A stretch of 64,000 nucleotides of DNA, from NCBI GenBank assembly GCA_963743525.1, contig CAVUQH010000004.1:448001-512000 (forward strand). The letters are read 5' to 3'. Position 1 is the first letter of the stretch. Every line of letters begins with the position of its first letter. The position numbers and the translations under genes were made by a program. Below the pieces are notes generated by a model. That model was given only the letters and a program-made list of their open reading frames with translations. It was not told where the DNA came from and searched no databases. Positions 61,127 to 64,000 of this stretch are shown here, one piece after another. This stretch comes from an uncultured delta proteobacterium (GTDB lineage Bacteria > Myxococcota_A > Polyangia > Haliangiales > Haliangiaceae).

Positions 61127-62572
61127 ATGACGCGATCGTTCGCCGATGGTCTTCCCGCCGCACCCACCAACGCTTTCGAGCCGTACAAGGTCAAGGCCGT
61201 CGAGCCGATCCGGCTGACCACGCCGGAGGAGCGCCGCGACGCCCTGGAGCGGGCCGGCTACAACCTGTTCCGCATCCCGGCTGACCTGGTGGCCATCGAT
61301 CTGCTCACCGACAGCGGCGTCACCGCCATGAGCGCCCGGCAGTGGGGCGCGCTGCTCGACGGCGACGAGGCCTACGCCGGCTCGCGCAGCTTTGCCCGAT
61401 TCGAATCGGTGGTGCGCAACATCACCGGAATGCCCCACGTGATACCGACCCACCAGGGACGCGCCGCCGAGCGCCTGCTGTTCCAGGTGATGCTGTCCCC
61501 GGGCGACACCGTCCCCGGCAACACCCACTTCGACACCACCCACGCCAACATCGAGGCGCGGGGCACGACCGCGATCGACCTGCCGTCGCCGGCGACTCAC
61601 GATCACGCGGCCGAACACCCATTCAAGGGCGACATCGATCTCGACGCGCTGGAGGACATGCTCAGCCGCGACACCCGCGTGCCGCTGGTGATCATCACGG
61701 TCACCAACAACAGCGCCGGCGGCCAACCGGTGTCGATGGCCAACCTGCAAGCGGCCAGCGCACTGTGCCGCGCCCACGGCGTGCCGCTGTTCCTCGACGG
61801 TGCCCGCTTCGCCGAGAACTCGTGGCTGATCCGCGAGCGCGAAGAGGCCTGGCACGACCGTCCACCGCTGGAGATCGCCCGGGCAATGTTCGACCTGGCC
61901 GACGGCTGTCTGGTCAGCGCCAAGAAGGACGGCCTGGTCAACATCGGCGGCTTCCTCGCCGTGCGCGACGACGCCGTGGCCGAGGACGTGCGCCGGCTGA
62001 TGGTGCTGGGCGAGGGCTTCCCGACCTACGGCGGCCTGGCCGGGCGCGACCTGGAAGCGATGGCCAGCGGCCTGGAAGAGGTGCTCGACCCCGCCTACCT
62101 GGCCGACCGCATCGGCCAGGTGCGGACGCTGGGCGACACCCTGACCGCGGCCGGTGTGCCGATCGTGCGCCCGCCGGGCGGCCACGCCGTCTACATCGAT
62201 GGTCGCGCCTTCCTGCCTCATCTCGATCCGCTCGACTACCCGGCGCAGGCGCTGTCGTGCGCGCTCTACTTGCACGCGGGGGTGCGCTCGGTCGAGGTCG
62301 GCCAACTGATGAACGGGCGTCCCGGAGCCGGCGGCGTCGAGGTGCCGGTCGAGCACGACCTCCTGCGCCTGGCGATCCCGCGCCGGGTCTACACCTCGAG
62401 GCAGCTGGGCTTCGTCGCCGACGCCCTGGCCGACCTGCACCGGGCGCGGGCTGCCATCGGAGCGCTCGAGATCATCGACCAGCCGGCGGCGCTGCGCCAC
62501 TTCGGCGCCACGCTGCGCCCGCGGCTGGCCCCCGCGGCGAACGCGACCACGACAGCGACGGCTTCCAGCTGA
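61127..62572 (+). CDS. tnaA: Tryptophanase (beta-eliminating lyase family)
   Basis: IDLLTDSG, GDEAYAGS, THQGRAAE, SAKKDG (PLP Lys), PTYGGL; LRHF favours tryptophanase over tyrosine phenol-lyase (LRFF). Confidence 0.85.
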   Translation: MTRSFADGLPAAPTNAFEPYKVKAVEPIRLTTPEERRDALERAGYNLFRIPADLVAIDLLTDSGVTAMSARQWGALLDGDEAYAGSRSFARFESVVRNITGMPHVIPTHQGRAAERLLFQVMLSPGDTVPGNTHFDTTHANIEARGTTAIDLPSPATHDHAAEHPFKGDIDLDALEDMLSRDTRVPLVIITVTNNSAGGQPVSMANLQAASALCRAHGVPLFLDGARFAENSWLIREREEAWHDRPPLEIARAMFDLADGCLVSAKKDGLVNIGGFLAVRDDAVAEDVRRLMVLGEGFPTYGGLAGRDLEAMASGLEEVLDPAYLADRIGQVRTLGDTLTAAGVPIVRPPGGHAVYIDGRAFLPHLDPLDYPAQALSCALYLHAGVRSVEVGQLMNGRPGAGGVEVPVEHDLLRLAIPRRVYTSRQLGFVADALADLHRARAAIGALEIIDQPAALRHFGATLRPRLAPAANATTTATASS

Positions 62573-62606
62573 GCGTGCGGAACGCCGTCGGTCGACGGCT
62601 GACCGC

Positions 62607-64000
62607 TCACTGCGCCGGCGGCGTGTCGACGGTGATCGTCCCCAGGTCAACGTCGCCGGTGACCTCGACCGGCTTCATTGCCAGCGGCTGCGGCGAGTCC
62701 TGCCCGATCACCAGCAGCCGGTACTTGCCCGGATCGACGCCGATGTCGAAGCGGCCGTCGGGCCCCGTGGTCGGCGGCGCGTCGTCACTCATGATGTTGA
62801 CCTCGACCCGGCCGTCGCCATGGTCGGCGCTGGCGATGACCATCGCACCGACCACCGGGGCGCCGCCGGCGTCGGCGACCTTGCCGCGCACGTGAGCCTG
62901 CTCGTGCAGCTCGACCTGAACCTTGGCCGGCTTGCCCGCCTCGACGTCCACGCCGACCTCGGCGGTAGCGTCGCCGCCGGTGACCCGCAGCTGGTAGTGC
63001 CCCGGATCGACGAAGCGGACCTGGAACTTGCCGCTCGCGTCGCGCACCGTCTTCGACCGCCGGCTGGGACCGGTCAGCTCGACGCGGAACTGCTCGACCG
63101 GCGTACCCGCGCGGGTGACCGTCCCTTCGATGCGCGCCAGGCTGACCAGGCGCAGGCTGACGTCGCTGCCGGTTTCCACGGCGTGCAGGAAGCCGCGGGC
63201 TGCGCCGCGCAGGCCCTCGCCGACCAGCTCGTACTTGCCCCGGCGCAGATCGCGGATCTCGAACCGGCCGTCGGCATCGGTCAGCACCGAGCGCGCCGAC
63301 ACGCCCATGCCCATGCCGCCGCCATCGCCATCGCCATCGTCGGTGACGACCATCATCGACCGCGAGGTGACCTGCTCGGGCTCGCCGTCGCCGCCGCCGG
63401 CGGCCGGGCGCGCGCCGGGCGGCGGCACATCGGGCGGCGGTCCGCCCATCGACATGGCGGTCATCGCCGGCGTCGCGCTGATCCACGCATCCGGCAGCGG
63501 CTTGCCGTCGGGGTCGAGCGCGACCCCGCGGATCACACCGTCGCGCCCCTGCACCTTCAGCGTCATCTCCTTGCGCTGCCCCTCGGTCAGCTTCACCGAG
63601 TGCGGCTCGGTGCTGCCGTCGGACCACGGCAGCGCGTTGAGCGCGTCGTCCTTGACGCTCAGCTCGTAGTCGCCGGCCTCGAGTCCGAGGATCTCGAACG
63701 AGCCGTCCTCGTGGGTCGGCGACTGCTTGGCGCCGACGTCGGTGCCGTTGACGATCATGGTCACGCGGTTGCCGTCCTTGGGCTTGGTGCGCAGCGACAC
63801 CGTCGCGTCGGCCACCGGCTTGCCGTGCTGGTCGACCACGCGGCCGACCAGGCTGGCGCCGTCCTGCAGCGAGATGACGACGTTGTCGACGTCCGCGTTC
63901 TTCACGTCGACCTTCGCGCTGCCGGTGCGACCGTCGGCGGCGGTGGCTTCGACCACGTGCTGCCCGGCGGCGAGCGGCCCCAGTCGGAAGCTGCCACCGT
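62607..64000 (-). CDS. Protein with repeated carboxypeptidase-regulatory-like (prealbumin-fold) domains, 5' end outside the window
   Basis: Repeats GRVVDQHGKPVADATV...DGSFEILGLEAGDYEL; TDADGRFEIRDL. Confidence 0.85.
   Translation of the reverse strand, partial: GGSFRLGPLAAGQHVVEATAADGRTGSAKVDVKNADVDNVVISLQDGASLVGRVVDQHGKPVADATVSLRTKPKDGNRVTMIVNGTDVGAKQSPTHEDGSFEILGLEAGDYELSVKDDALNALPWSDGSTEPHSVKLTEGQRKEMTLKVQGRDGVIRGVALDPDGKPLPDAWISATPAMTAMSMGGPPPDVPPPGARPAAGGGDGEPEQVTSRSMMVVTDDGDGDGGGMGMGVSARSVLTDADGRFEIRDLRRGKYELVGEGLRGAARGFLHAVETGSDVSLRLVSLARIEGTVTRAGTPVEQFRVELTGPSRRSKTVRDASGKFQVRFVDPGHYQLRVTGGDATAEVGVDVEAGKPAKVQVELHEQAHVRGKVADAGGAPVVGAMVIASADHGDGRVEVNIMSDDAPPTTGPDGRFDIGVDPGKYRLLVIGQDSPQPLAMKPVEVTGDVDLGTITVDTPPAQ

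Overview
Very GC-rich bacterial chromosome segment. Gene content (many Cys-rich and Gly/Asp-linker lipoproteins, an FHA protein, a Ser/Thr kinase, an IgGFc-binding protein, an ECF/FecR-TPR cluster) suggests Myxococcota; this is inference. About 50 genes are present, including housekeeping and metabolic genes (recG, aspartate kinase, a CoA-transferase, trxB, acs, menB, msrC, tnaA). Accessory highlights: (1) a translationally coupled lipoprotein / 15-heme lipocytochrome / beta-barrel / 18-heme c7-polymer operon resembling a porin-cytochrome extracellular electron conduit; (2) an ECF sigma-FecR/TPR-outer-membrane cluster with a bipartite motif TGAGCCGGTTYCG-N11-CACWW found three times, defining a local candidate regulon; (3) a RAYT-type HUH transposase next to a REP-like palindrome and an ~855-bp YCCGYG hexamer tract; (4) a 1.5-kb compositionally atypical single-gene insert flanked by an exact 27-bp direct repeat; (5) an 11.6-kb block of apparently soluble two-component proteins including a poly-HAMP hybrid kinase. 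No rRNA, tRNA or CRISPR array was recognised. All calls come from reading motifs by eye, with no database searches, and many start codons are my choice.
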